Shown here: in pieces, positions 50,401-59,957 of the stretch | Position numbering within the stretch: position 1 is the first letter of the stretch | How the letters are laid out: each line of letters starts with the position of its first letter | NCBI GenBank assembly: GCA_965214405.1 | Contig: OZ243956.1 | Location: 2,112,001-2,176,000, forward strand | Direction: 5' to 3' | Length of the DNA stretch: 64,000 bases | From: Trueperaceae bacterium | Lineage (GTDB): Bacteria > Deinococcota > Deinococci > Deinococcales > Trueperaceae | The notes under the pieces: model-generated | What the model was told of the DNA's origin: nothing | Database searches by the model: none | What the model saw: the letters and a program-made list of their open reading frames with translations, nothing else | Translations under genes and position numbers: made by a program

Positions 50401-50447
50401 AGGCTAATGCAGAGGCCGATGACGCACCGAAAGAGGATAATCCGTGA
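47430..50447 (+). CDS. LptD-like outer-membrane beta-barrel protein
   Basis: Signal peptide; OstA-like N-terminus (ITADYIEFD), FSPCSRC, long amphipathic beta C-terminus, WDRCCW; follows lptF/G. Confidence 0.7.
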   Translation: MRFIFTVLFILLLSLLSLSFAVRIEITTNNDDPNTRLEFRPITLPDGSETELIVIQSTPVRVTVDEDVITADYIEFDRENGLVRVVGPGTYTSGEEVLEGEDFTVNLDNETLQGQDVFIITGAIDVVGAGATRLPGQISVTSGAFSPCSRCDQTREDYGFRAQRLELYPGDRLIAFDVTVLIRERAAFSLPFLIVPLGPEDRRPRLAITRGTSTERAAVAVDWPYVVGATAFGVTSLRYYADVTPGAGGPFANALLGGRARVSYFGGGFTHTFFTRSGQGQVEFAYLPSFIDRDLDGDIIGEGKTPDEFTVRFSYDTLEETLPEINVLIDEDDGRNQRIIEYSASAANSFGGLDARILTQGFFDLDREDEVLTPSYAGSDTPLRTYIEGTLALDDALSFSVGPFVLSNALLNIGFFEDFSNPINRSAALDRTVRAARLLEGHSLALQPLTLWSGLVLEGNTDFLGRYYTTRERLIDWDSALTLRQSFGDAGGLELSFVRNISEGETPFSFDRVTLFNETYADATLFLTPLPWLSFSANERYTFINTRRRTEVGPGILNLSLEFFDNLSWLDITLQESYNFEERDPGELTVDAVLSVPFNDDFDGSLEVNHVEDLKYAPDRLSPRLRNDSNTEFSAALDYRNVLRFGLDGGYTYDPVPVEGEVLDYWMPLELSLEAGTLDQEDALPGARFTFVRDLNEEMTRELGLEASARVSFLEANFEQRLDFLDGEVSRSLYGLTWRGVATFEASGFALLPASLFGLTLDPEGSDTYIFDLKDASQPSGEELWRLSYRVQSDRTPFTGPLGEGRVRSRTLQAFADTEPTTLGGVDFGVRFVADLVFPDDLGVTRTYLNTFGLTLSADFFGTVGLQGDVAYRATYNTALDEITQALLTFDNLALTVRVREDLFVSAAFNDTWDLTGNLPNASPFNFQPTLYVIWDRCCWALYGSLDTETGAVTLSLTTPGGTQGVSQEFGTFLRLPGRAPVTGITETNVEANAEADDAPKEDNP

Positions 50448-50491
50448 GGTACAGTGATTTTATAGAAAAGGGTTTTATGAACAGGGGCACG

Positions 50492-51760
50492 ATGAAAAGA
50501 CCTACTTGGCTACTCCTCCTCGCCCTCCTGCTGGGCGGCTGCACCGGCACGCAGGAACCGAGCGTCTCCACGCTCTTGCTCGTGGGGTATGGAGACGCCG
50601 CAAGCGGAGGCGTGCTCGCGCTGGTTGAGGATTTGGGCGATATAGAACAGGGTTTCAACTTTATAGAAGATAGTGTACGCCCCCTTCCCAGTGGCCTTGC
50701 CATCGACTACGATATCATCGACCGCACCAACACTCGGCGTCAACTCGTCGTGTTGAGCCGCGACGACACCGTAGAGGGCAGCCCCGCCGCGCTCAACTTT
50801 TTCAACATCGGCAGCATCGACCCGAACGCCCCCGACGCCTTTGCCCCCGCGCCGCCCTTTGCCGCCCCCAGCTTAGGCGCGGTCTTGCCTATAAGCGCGG
50901 TGGACACCTCGGACTTTCCGGGCGGCGTGACCTTTTGCCCCACCGCCGTCGCCACGAGCACCAACGGGCGTTTTATCGCGCTTCTCAACGACCAGAGCGT
51001 GTGTAACGACGTTGCGAACGCTCGAGACGCCGTGGACGTGATCGACCTCCAGGCGACGGGCGGCCCGACGCTGATTGCCCGCGTCGACATCGCGGTGGTC
51101 TCCAGCGCCTTTTATTTGTCGCAAGGGCCAAACGACCGCGACCGCTTGTACTACTTTATTAACACCGCGGGCGGCGCAAGGTTGCAGTATCTGCTACTCG
51201 ACCCGCTCGGCCCTAACGACAACCTCTTGCCCGTCGACACGGGCGTCACCCTCGACTTGCGCGCCAACGACGTGATAAGGGACCTGGGTCCCGTCAACCT
51301 GCTTGCCAATCCGAGCGACGTCGCCCTCGTCGCGCTGCTCAACACCTCTTTTTTTCCCATCCTCGGTCTCAGCGCGACGCCCGCACCCGTCGCCACCGCC
51401 TACAACAACCGCGAACTTATTTTGGACGACTACGGAGAAACGAACCAGCTTCTCATTCTCAATAACGACCGGCTCACCGTTTTTGCGGGCGAAGAGGCGG
51501 ACGGACGGGTGACCTACGGCGAGGACAGCGTGCTCCTCAATTCCTATGTGTCCGACCCGGTAGACGGTACTGTAGAATCGTTCAACCAGTTTGCTTACAT
51601 CGTGGGTGAAGAGGGCATCGCCAAGTTCGATGTGCTCGCCGCGGATTCTACGGACAACCTCAATACGCTCATCGGCGGGGCCAGCGTGACCGAGATTACC
51701 AACCCCGTATTTATCACCTGGGTTCGCGCGGTTACCTTTGCGGACACGCCCCAACCCTGA
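50492..51760 (+). CDS. Hypothetical lipoprotein (beta-rich)
   Basis: Lipobox LLGGC; appears co-operonic with the LptD-like gene. Confidence 0.7.
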   Translation: MKRPTWLLLLALLLGGCTGTQEPSVSTLLLVGYGDAASGGVLALVEDLGDIEQGFNFIEDSVRPLPSGLAIDYDIIDRTNTRRQLVVLSRDDTVEGSPAALNFFNIGSIDPNAPDAFAPAPPFAAPSLGAVLPISAVDTSDFPGGVTFCPTAVATSTNGRFIALLNDQSVCNDVANARDAVDVIDLQATGGPTLIARVDIAVVSSAFYLSQGPNDRDRLYYFINTAGGARLQYLLLDPLGPNDNLLPVDTGVTLDLRANDVIRDLGPVNLLANPSDVALVALLNTSFFPILGLSATPAPVATAYNNRELILDDYGETNQLLILNNDRLTVFAGEEADGRVTYGEDSVLLNSYVSDPVDGTVESFNQFAYIVGEEGIAKFDVLAADSTDNLNTLIGGASVTEITNPVFITWVRAVTFADTPQP

Positions 51761-51929
51761 TTTGAGTTTGCGAGACCTCGAGACGAGAGATTAAACAGGT
51801 TGCATTAACGTTAGACACAGAGTCTTAAGATTTGAAGAGACGTTGGCCTGCCAAAAAAGTAGCGCCGAGATTGTTAGAAGAACCCTCCCCTGACGACCTC
51901 GGCGCTGTTTGTCTTCTGCCTACTCTTGC

Positions 51930-52460
51930 TTACTGGGCGGTAGCAGCTCCGAGACCCGTCAGGAGGCGCTGGACCACTTCGGCCATAAAGGCGTTGGCGA
52001 CGCGCTGGTCGTAGGTGTCGGTGGCGGTGCTCGAGTAGACGAGTGACGCCGAGCCCTCCCCGGCGGGGCGCACCACGACGGAAATGATGGCCTGGTCGGT
52101 CTGCGCGTTCACACCTGAGTAACCCGACGAATAACCAGGCGTGATGGTTATCCCGCCGCGCCGGGAGCCTGAACCGAAGGAGAAGCCCGTCCGGACCCCG
52201 ACGCCCAAACCCGACGTCCGGGTTCTACCCAAACGCACCGCAGTGATGAGACCCGTTTCGCGGTCCGCCTCGGCCACCACGAAACCCGCTTGCCTAAAGT
52301 TGGTCGAGATTCGCGTGGACGCGACCGTTTGCAGCGTGGCGTCAAAGAGCGTGTCATAATCCACCGAAAAAACGAAGGGTTGGGGTGACGGTAAGTCCTG
52401 CACCGACGGGGCGCAGGCTCCCAGCACCAACAGCAGACTCAAAAGCGCGGCTATCCTCAT
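51930..52460 (-). CDS. Hypothetical lipoprotein
   Basis: RBS GGAGG; lipobox LGAC; ADRETGLITA. Confidence 0.75.
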   Translation of the reverse strand: MRIAALLSLLLVLGACAPSVQDLPSPQPFVFSVDYDTLFDATLQTVASTRISTNFRQAGFVVAEADRETGLITAVRLGRTRTSGLGVGVRTGFSFGSGSRRGGITITPGYSSGYSGVNAQTDQAIISVVVRPAGEGSASLVYSSTATDTYDQRVANAFMAEVVQRLLTGLGAATAQ

Positions 52461-52636
52461 ACAAACCTCCCCAGGGTTTCTGCCTCGAGCAGACACGGTC
52501 GCGTAACGACGTTGGCCTTCTATGGTAACGGCGCGGGACCCGGCCCTTTGTGAAGCGCACCTTCATTCAGGCTTCATCCTGCGTGTTTACCCAAGCCTTC
52601 CCGCAAAAACCGTGAGCCTTCTTGTAGTGTAGACCG

Positions 52637-53923
52637 CTAGCGCCCGCTCAGTTCCCGCTCCCGCGGCTCACGCTGGGCCGCGCTCATCTGATTTGGCATC
52701 CCCGGCATTTGTCCCTCGCCCCAGTAGAGCATGGTGTGCGGGAAGGGGATTTCGATGTCCTCACGGTCAAAACGCGCCTTGATGCGCTTGCGGAACTCGC
52801 GCCCGACGCCCCACTGCTCTTTGGGTAGCGTCTTAAACATGAGCCGCAGCACGACGCCCGAATCGCCAAAGGCGTCGACGCCCAGCACGTCGGGGGGGTC
52901 GATAAGCCGCCAGCGCCACTCGCGGTCGCGGTAAAAGACCATCGCCTCGTCTTTGAGCACGTCCAGGGCGCGCGTTAAGTCGGTGCGGTAGGCCACCTCA
53001 ACGTCAATAACCGAGCGCGACCACTCTTTACTGAGGACCGTCACGCGGTCGATGGTGCCGTTGGGGATGATGTGGACGCGGCCCTCCAAGTCTCGCAAGG
53101 TGGTGATGCGCAAATTGATCGACTCCACCCCGCCCGTGAGCCCCGCCAGCGTCACCACGTCGCCGACGCCGAACTGGTTCTCGACGAGGATGAAAAATCC
53201 GCTAATCAAATCCTTGACGAGCGACTGCGCGCCAAACGAGATCGCCAAACCCAAAATCCCGACGCCCGCCAGAAGCGCCCCGATGTTCGCGCCAAACTCG
53301 CTGAGCACGAAGAGCACAAAAATGGTGAGGAGCGTGACCTGCATACTCGACTCGATCACGCTGCGAATCGTCGCGGCTCGAGCGATCTGCCGCTCAAAAC
53401 GCTGACCGCTCGTGGGCGTGAGGGCTCGCGCGGTTTTGCGCACCACGACCAGCAGCGCGTTGATGGCTAAACCCACGACGATGATGCGCACGATGCTGGC
53501 GATACCCCCGCCCACCAGCCAGTCGCGCGCGCCCAGGGCGGCGGGCTCGAGCACGGGCACGTGATAGTCGAGCACGAAGAGGCTCACGAAAACGAAAACC
53601 GCCAGCAGCGCCGCTAAATTACGCAGGTACTTCGCCAAGACGCCTACCCTGGTGCGCTCGCCCTCTTTACGCTCCTCGTCCCAAAGTTCGCGCGCGCTGA
53701 TGCCCCGCAAGGACGCGCTAACGTAGCGCGACAGCACGAACCAGAGAAACAAAAAAACGAGCGCGCCCGTGAGCGCGTCCCAGCCCACCGATATGAGAAA
53801 CGGAATGGGAGCCTCGCGCACGGACGTTATCAGCGCCTGGAACCAGGGCGCTAGAACCTGAAGTTCGATTCTGGCGGCGGTCGTCTCGAGCATCGTTTGC
53901 AAGTCTACCAGGGGATTGGTCAT
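52637..53923 (-). CDS. MscS family mechanosensitive channel
   Basis: GLAISFGAQSLVKDLISGFFIL; GGVESINLRIT; IPNG; IEIPFP. Confidence 0.92.
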   Translation of the reverse strand: MTNPLVDLQTMLETTAARIELQVLAPWFQALITSVREAPIPFLISVGWDALTGALVFLFLWFVLSRYVSASLRGISARELWDEERKEGERTRVGVLAKYLRNLAALLAVFVFVSLFVLDYHVPVLEPAALGARDWLVGGGIASIVRIIVVGLAINALLVVVRKTARALTPTSGQRFERQIARAATIRSVIESSMQVTLLTIFVLFVLSEFGANIGALLAGVGILGLAISFGAQSLVKDLISGFFILVENQFGVGDVVTLAGLTGGVESINLRITTLRDLEGRVHIIPNGTIDRVTVLSKEWSRSVIDVEVAYRTDLTRALDVLKDEAMVFYRDREWRWRLIDPPDVLGVDAFGDSGVVLRLMFKTLPKEQWGVGREFRKRIKARFDREDIEIPFPHTMLYWGEGQMPGMPNQMSAAQREPRERELSGR

Positions 53924-54131
53924 TACGTTCCTTACCGCGCGGGCGGGAGCCCGTACGGCGTTTACCCTAGCAAAGAGGTTTTGAGGATGGTGTGACCTTA
54001 CGCAACTCCGTGAACGTTTGGTGAAAGGTGTAGGATTCTTGGCAGAAAATGGGAAGGCTTACCGTTTTCCTTCCTTTGGTCGCCTTTATGCCAGTCGCCT
54101 TCTCGCGGAGACTAAAACGCGCTTGGTGGGC

Positions 54132-55151
54132 TCAGCTCGAGACGGTCTTCCCAAGTTGACTTTCTCGACTTGTAGGAACGTCCAGCCCTTCCGCAATCCG
54201 CTCGACCAGCCGCGCTTCCACCGCGCGTTTGGCGGTGCGGAGCGCGTTGCGCACCGCCACCGCGTCCGCCGAGCCGTGACCGATAAAGGCGGGGCCGTTC
54301 ACGCCCAAAAGCGGCTGCGCCCCGTATTCTGCGGGGTCGAGCTTGGCCGCGATGCCCCTAAATGCGTTTCTAACGAGCGCGCCGCCCAGCTTGGTCCGGA
54401 GGCCTCCTTGGGTAAGCGCGTCCTTGATCCAGCCGAAAATCACTTTCGCCTCGCCCTCGGCGAGTTTCAACACCACGTTGCCGGTAAAGCCGTCGGTCAC
54501 GAACACGTCCGTCGTGCCCCGAAAGAGGTCGCGCCCCTCGACGTTGCCGTAAAAGGTGATGGGGGCGTCGCGCAGAAGCTTGTGCGCCTCGCGGACCAGT
54601 TCGTTGCCCTTGCCCGGTTCCTCACCGATGGACATGAGCCCGACGGTCGGGTCCTTTTTGCCGTAAAACACGCGCGCGTAAACGGAGCCCATCACGGCGA
54701 ACTGCGCCAAGTGAACGGGACGGCAGTCGGCGTTGGCCCCCGCGTCGAGCAGCGCCACGTAACCGTCCGTCACGGGGATGTTGGCGAGAATCGCGGGCCG
54801 CTCGACGCCCTTGAGACGCCCCAGCACGAGCAGCGCCGCCGCCATCGTCGCGCCGGAGTGACCCATCGACACGCACGCGGACGCCGAACCGTTTTTAACC
54901 AGGGTCATGGCCTGCATGATGCTCGAGTCCCGCCGCCGCCTCACCTCGCTCGCCCCGTCGTCCATCGTGATGACGTCGGACGCGTGGTGGATAGGTAGCT
55001 CTCCGCCAAGCGCGTTAAGTTCCGCCCGCAGTGCGTCCTCGTCCCCCACGAGCACAACCGGAACTCCTTCGAGCGCGGCCTCGAGCGCCCCCTCCACCGC
55101 GGCCCGCGGCATCGCGTCGCCGCCCGCTGCGTCTAAAGAAATGGGTTTCAT
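54132..55151 (-). CDS. plsX: Phosphate acyltransferase PlsX
   Basis: ISLDAAGGDAMP, SMGHSGA, LDAGAN, IGEEPGKG, DGFTGNVVLK; -10 TATACT 7 nt before ATG 55151. Confidence 0.95.
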   Translation of the reverse strand: MKPISLDAAGGDAMPRAAVEGALEAALEGVPVVLVGDEDALRAELNALGGELPIHHASDVITMDDGASEVRRRRDSSIMQAMTLVKNGSASACVSMGHSGATMAAALLVLGRLKGVERPAILANIPVTDGYVALLDAGANADCRPVHLAQFAVMGSVYARVFYGKKDPTVGLMSIGEEPGKGNELVREAHKLLRDAPITFYGNVEGRDLFRGTTDVFVTDGFTGNVVLKLAEGEAKVIFGWIKDALTQGGLRTKLGGALVRNAFRGIAAKLDPAEYGAQPLLGVNGPAFIGHGSADAVAVRNALRTAKRAVEARLVERIAEGLDVPTSRESQLGKTVSS

Positions 55152-55369
55152 CGGCTCGAGTATAGCGGTTTTTATCTGCACTGAGAGAGTAAAGAGCAAC
55201 CGTTCCTTGAACTTATGTTGTCGGCGGTAACGCGTGGGGTGAACGTCGCTCAAACCGGGGCGTTCTCGCTATCCACGGCTTTTTGCCCTGTCCAGAGGAA
55301 ATCCGGAGGAAGCGGGGGCAACCGCTCCTCTTCCCTCCTCACACAAACCGCCCGTGTTATCCTCCTCCC

Positions 55370-56410
55370 ATGACGCAGCCGCTGACGACCGTTGGACTCC
55401 TGGGCGCGGGCACGGTCGGGTCCGCCTTTTTAGAGCTTTTGGAGGGGCGGGAAGACGTGGCCGCGGAGGTTTCCAGGGTGCTCGTGCGTGACCCTGAGAA
55501 ACCGCGCCGGGTCGCTCGAGACCACCTCTGCACCGATCCTGAAGAAGCGCTCCGTGCAGACATCGTGGTCGAACTCATGGGCGGCACCGGGCTCGCGGGC
55601 GACCTCACGCTGCGCGCGTTGTCGCAAGGCAAGCGCGTCGTCACGGCCAACAAGGCGGTGCTGGCTGAACGGTGGGACGAGTTTGTACCCTTTTTGGCGG
55701 AAGGTCGCCTCTACTTCGAGGCCGCGGTCATGGCGGGCACGCCCGCGGTCGGGCCGCTGACGACCGTGTTGCGCGGCTCCAAACCCTTAGAGCTCCACGC
55801 CATTTTGAACGGCACCTGTAACTACATTCTGGGCGCGCTCGAGGGGGGTGCCGATTATCACGAGGCCCTGGCGGAGGCGCAGCGCTTGGGCTACGCCGAG
55901 CCCGACCCGAGTTTGGACGTCGAGGGTATCGACGCCGCGCACAAACTCACTTTGCTCGCGCGGCTCGTTTTTGACCCCCAAATTTCTTGGGACGCGGTGC
56001 GCGCCGACACGCACGGCATCCGCGAGCTGACTCCGGCGCTGGTCATGGAGGCGATGGAGGACGGGGGCCGCATCCGTTTGGTCGGCAGCGTCTACCCCGA
56101 AGCAGGCCGCTGGCACGTGAGCGTACGCCCCGTCTATTTACCCGCCACGCACGCGTTAGCGGGCGCGGCGAGCAACCGCAACGGCCTCGTGTTCCGCGGC
56201 GACGCGGTGGGCGAGGTGATGATCGCGGGCGCGGGCGCGGGCGCGGCCTCGACGGCGAGCGCGGTGTTGGCTGACCTCATCGGCGCGCTCGCCGGACGAC
56301 CCGGTCCCGCGCCGCTATCCCGCGCCGCCACGCCCCCGGCGGACTACCGCGCGCCCAAGCTGGGCGAAATCAGGCTAAAAAGTGACGCCGCGAAAAATGC
56401 GACCGTCTAG
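55370..56410 (+). CDS. hom: Homoserine dehydrogenase
   Basis: GLLGAGTVG, VVTANK, ILNGTCNYIL, AQRLGYAEPDP, DVEGIDAAHK. Confidence 0.93.
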   Translation: MTQPLTTVGLLGAGTVGSAFLELLEGREDVAAEVSRVLVRDPEKPRRVARDHLCTDPEEALRADIVVELMGGTGLAGDLTLRALSQGKRVVTANKAVLAERWDEFVPFLAEGRLYFEAAVMAGTPAVGPLTTVLRGSKPLELHAILNGTCNYILGALEGGADYHEALAEAQRLGYAEPDPSLDVEGIDAAHKLTLLARLVFDPQISWDAVRADTHGIRELTPALVMEAMEDGGRIRLVGSVYPEAGRWHVSVRPVYLPATHALAGAASNRNGLVFRGDAVGEVMIAGAGAGAASTASAVLADLIGALAGRPGPAPLSRAATPPADYRAPKLGEIRLKSDAAKNATV

Positions 56411-56419
56411 GGGGCGCTG

Positions 56420-56698
56420 GTGAACAAGTGGGAGTACCTATCCATCCGCTTTGACTACAAAGGCCGCGGCATCACCCAGGAGTTCAACCTTTTTGATATG
56501 GACGGGCAAAGACTCACCGGCTGGACGAGCGAGGGCGGGAACACGGCCAAAACCCTGCCGCAGTTTCTGGCGCTCGTCGGGGAAGAAGGCTGGGAGCTTG
56601 CGAGCCACGTTGTCAATCAGGACATGCAAGCAAACAGCGTAACCTGGCATTACATGCACTTTAAGCGCCTCCTGAGCGCCACCCAAAATGACGGTTAG
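56420..56698 (+). CDS. DUF4177-like small protein
   Basis: KWEY...GEEGWEL...FKR. Confidence 0.65.
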   Translation: MNKWEYLSIRFDYKGRGITQEFNLFDMDGQRLTGWTSEGGNTAKTLPQFLALVGEEGWELASHVVNQDMQANSVTWHYMHFKRLLSATQNDG

Positions 56699-58034
56699 AG
56701 TACGCTACTACAGCACCCGCGACCCCGGCAAACGCCTGGTGAGCTTTGATGACGCGCTTCTAAGTGGCTTGGCCCCCGATGGCGGGCTCTATGTACCGAA
56801 CTTTGTCCCGACCGTTGAGCCCATCCACCAAGCCGACACCTTCCCGGACCTGGCTGTTGATGTTTTGCAACGCTGGTTGGGAGAGGACGACGCGCTAGCC
56901 GAAACAGTTAGAGATGCGCTCTCTTTTCCTGTGCCCCTTGTCGCACTCGGTGATGATATATACGTACTCGAGCTTTTCCGCGGCCCCACCCGCTCGTTCA
57001 AAGACTTCGGCGCGCGCACGATGGCCCGCCTCATGAGCCGCGCGCTTGCAGAACGCGGCGAGCGCGTGACCATCCTGGTGGCGACCTCGGGCGACACGGG
57101 AGGCGCGGTCGCGGACGGGTTTGCGGGGCGGGACCATATCGACGTGGTGCTGCTTTATCCCAAAAACAAGGTGAGCGCGGTGCAGGAGCGGCAGCTCATC
57201 GTCTCGAGGCCGGGCGTGCGGGCCTACGCGGTGGAGGGCGCGTTCGACGATTGCCAGCGCCTTGTTAAAGAGGCGTTTATGGACCCGGAACTAAAAAATG
57301 TGCCTTTATCGTCCGCCAACTCGATCAACATCGGTCGTTTGTTGCCGCAGTCGCTTTATTACTTGTGGGCTGCCCTGGAGGTCGCATCTCGTCAAGATTT
57401 GGAGGTCGTATCTCGTCAAGGCTTAGAATCCTACGGAAAGGAGGCGACCCCTCCGGTGTTCTGCGTCCCCAGCGGCAACTTGGGCAACCTCACGGGGGGC
57501 GTGCTGGCGGCGAAAATGGGCCTCAGCGTGCGCCGCTTTATCGCCGCGCACAATGCCAACGACTTTTTCCCCGCTTACTTAGAGCGGCTGAGAGACGCGT
57601 ACGCCTTTCATCCCACGGTGGCGACGGTGTCCAACGCGATGGACGTGGGCGCGCCCAGCAACTTCGAGCGGCTTTATACCCTTCTGGGTCAAGAAGACCT
57701 CGAGACGCGGTTGTGGGGCTCGAGCGTGTCCGACGACGCGACTAGCGCGCGCATGAAAGAGGTTTACGAGCGCACGGGCTACGTCGCTTGTCCGCACACG
57801 GCGGTGGGGCTCGAGGCCGCCGCGCGTTACCGCGAGAAAACGGGTGACGCCAATCCCATCATCACGCTCGCCACGGCGCACCCCGCCAAGTTCCCGGAGG
57901 TGGTGGGGGAAACGCTGGGTATCCCCGCGCCCAAGGACGAGAGTTTAGAGGCGCTGTGGGAGCAAGAAACGCGGGTGGAGGCGCTGGCCCCGACGTTGGA
58001 GGCGTTGCGAGAGGCGCTGTTATACAGCAGCTAA
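56688..58034 (+). CDS. thrC: Threonine synthase
   Basis: GLAPDGGLYVP, GPTRSFKDFG, ATSGDTG, VPSGNLGN, TAHPAKF. Confidence 0.95.
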   Translation: MTVRVRYYSTRDPGKRLVSFDDALLSGLAPDGGLYVPNFVPTVEPIHQADTFPDLAVDVLQRWLGEDDALAETVRDALSFPVPLVALGDDIYVLELFRGPTRSFKDFGARTMARLMSRALAERGERVTILVATSGDTGGAVADGFAGRDHIDVVLLYPKNKVSAVQERQLIVSRPGVRAYAVEGAFDDCQRLVKEAFMDPELKNVPLSSANSINIGRLLPQSLYYLWAALEVASRQDLEVVSRQGLESYGKEATPPVFCVPSGNLGNLTGGVLAAKMGLSVRRFIAAHNANDFFPAYLERLRDAYAFHPTVATVSNAMDVGAPSNFERLYTLLGQEDLETRLWGSSVSDDATSARMKEVYERTGYVACPHTAVGLEAAARYREKTGDANPIITLATAHPAKFPEVVGETLGIPAPKDESLEALWEQETRVEALAPTLEALREALLYSS

Positions 58035-58440
58035 TTGGATTGAGTGAGATTTGATCTACGCGTTACCGTCCAGGACCCGGTTTAAGAGATGACACCCGCG
58101 CCGACAGACGCCAATATCAATAACCGCTACGGTACGTCGCGTTCCGCAGAAAACGGGCGGGTTCGGCGTAGGCACCGTTCCTTAATCTATGTTACAGTTC
58201 GCTGCCTGGCAACGGGCACGACATACATTCAATCTCGATAAGGCTGGGTGTTGACTTTTCAGACTTTTAAGGTTTAGCGTGCTGCACACAAGAAGCAAGA
58301 ATGAAAAAGCAAGGGGTAAAGGTTTGCGGGGCGCGGATTAGCCGCGCCTCGAGGTTAAAAGGTTTTCTCAAAGGGCAAGTGTCAACACAACCCGGATGGG
58401 TCCTACCGTACGTTGCGGCCCCGAATACGGTCGTCAGATG

Positions 58441-58596
58441 AAAGGCTGACGCATGACGTAACTTTCGGAAGCTAATGAGACTGCTTCAAGACGGCAAAGC
58501 CGTAAACAGCACCTCAAAATTTGCACGAAAGAGCATTTCAAATCCAAAGTCGGTCTTCTCAAGACTTTGGGTTCGTTTGAAGGTGCGTCAGCCCTG
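58441..58596. mobile_element. Non-autonomous MITE-like element with ISAs1-type ends
   Basis: Left AAAGGCTGACGCATG (12/15) and right GGTGCGTCAGCCCTG (14/15) match the IRs of the ISAs1 at 26193-27396; no ORF; no target duplication seen. Confidence 0.6.
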
Positions 58597-58709
58597 GGCG
58601 CGCGTTCCGACCGCGCCACGCCCCGGCAGTTTTGGGTTATAATGACCTCGTCACACAATAGTTCCACGTAGTCTCAATAGCTTTACGCACCACTTTTTAA
58701 GGAGGAATC

Positions 58710-59906
58710 ATGCGAACCGTCACGTTGCTCGCCCTCATGCTAAGTCTAAGCACCTCTCTGGCGCAGGTCGTCATCGGCTGGTCGGGCGCGGTCACCGGGC
58801 CGACCTCGGACGCCGGTCAGTTCGTCGTGCAGGGCGTCGAGGATTACTGCCGCTACGCCAACGAGGAAGGGCTTATCCCCGACACCACCCTCACCTGCTT
58901 GACCCGCGACGACCAGTACAACAACGACAACACGCTGCGTAACTTTGAGGCCTATCTGGACGAGGACATGGACGCTTTTTTATCTTATGCAACGGGCGCG
59001 ACGCTGCAACTCAAGCTCAACGCGGTCGAGGAGCAAATGCCGGTGATTTCGTCCTCGCTCCATATCGGCGTTATTGACCCGCCCGACAATGAATATAACT
59101 TTTTGCCGCTCACGTCGTACAGCGAACAGGTGGTGGCGCTGCTCGAATGGATCGCCGAAAACCACGCCGAAAATCAGCAGGGCGACGCTGCGCCCAAAGT
59201 GGCGATGCTGGTTCACCCGAGCCCCTTCGGGCGCGCGCCCGTCGAGGACGCGCAGGCCGCCGCCGAAATCTTAGGCGTCGAGATTGTCGACGTGCAAGAG
59301 CACGGCGACGGCACCGACTACACCGCCCTGCTCCAGCGCTGGAGCAACGACGGCGTCGAGTACGTGATCAGCCAGACCGTGCAGTCGCCCATCGCCGCGA
59401 TGCTCAACGCCGCGCAGGCGTTGGGGCTTTTAGACACCATGACCTTTATGGGCGCGCACTACACGGGCGGCAACACGCTCGTGTCATTAGCAGGCGAGGC
59501 CGCCGACGGCTTCTTGTGGGCCACCTCCGTCCCGCTCCCCGAGCAGGTCCCCTTGCAAGCCGAACTCGGCGCGCGTTACGGACGTCCCGAGGCGACCATC
59601 GCCGACGACAACTACACCTCCGGCGCGCTCCAAGCCTCCATCTTTATCGAGGCGGCGCGGCGCGCGGTCGAAGCGGGTGAGGACGTCAACCCTGAGACCA
59701 TCTACGCACAGCTTTTAGCCATGAACGAGGCGGGAAACGGTGTGTTTGATTCTCCCCTGGGCCTCGCGCCGGTTTCTTACAGCGAGACCGACCGCGTTGG
59801 CGTCGGCGCGCTCCACCTCCTCCAGGTCCAAAACGGCGCGTTTGTCGAGACGACCGAGCCCTTTACTTCGGAGACGTTCGCTCAGGTTCACGAGGCGAAC
59901 GAGTAG
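58710..59906 (+). CDS. Branched-chain amino acid/aromatic-type ABC substrate-binding protein (LivK/J-like)
   Basis: Signal peptide; IGWSGAVTGPTSDAG; DDQY; RBS AAGGAGG. Confidence 0.85.
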   Translation: MRTVTLLALMLSLSTSLAQVVIGWSGAVTGPTSDAGQFVVQGVEDYCRYANEEGLIPDTTLTCLTRDDQYNNDNTLRNFEAYLDEDMDAFLSYATGATLQLKLNAVEEQMPVISSSLHIGVIDPPDNEYNFLPLTSYSEQVVALLEWIAENHAENQQGDAAPKVAMLVHPSPFGRAPVEDAQAAAEILGVEIVDVQEHGDGTDYTALLQRWSNDGVEYVISQTVQSPIAAMLNAAQALGLLDTMTFMGAHYTGGNTLVSLAGEAADGFLWATSVPLPEQVPLQAELGARYGRPEATIADDNYTSGALQASIFIEAARRAVEAGEDVNPETIYAQLLAMNEAGNGVFDSPLGLAPVSYSETDRVGVGALHLLQVQNGAFVETTEPFTSETFAQVHEANE

Positions 59907-59915
59907 ACAAGCAGT

Positions 59916-59945
59916 GGGAAGATAGGGCGTTCATCCTATCTTCCC
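59916..59945 (+). terminator. Intercistronic hairpin after the SBP gene
   Basis: GGGAAGATAGG...CCTATCTTCCC. Confidence 0.55.
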
Positions 59946-59957
59946 GCTAAGCTTCCT

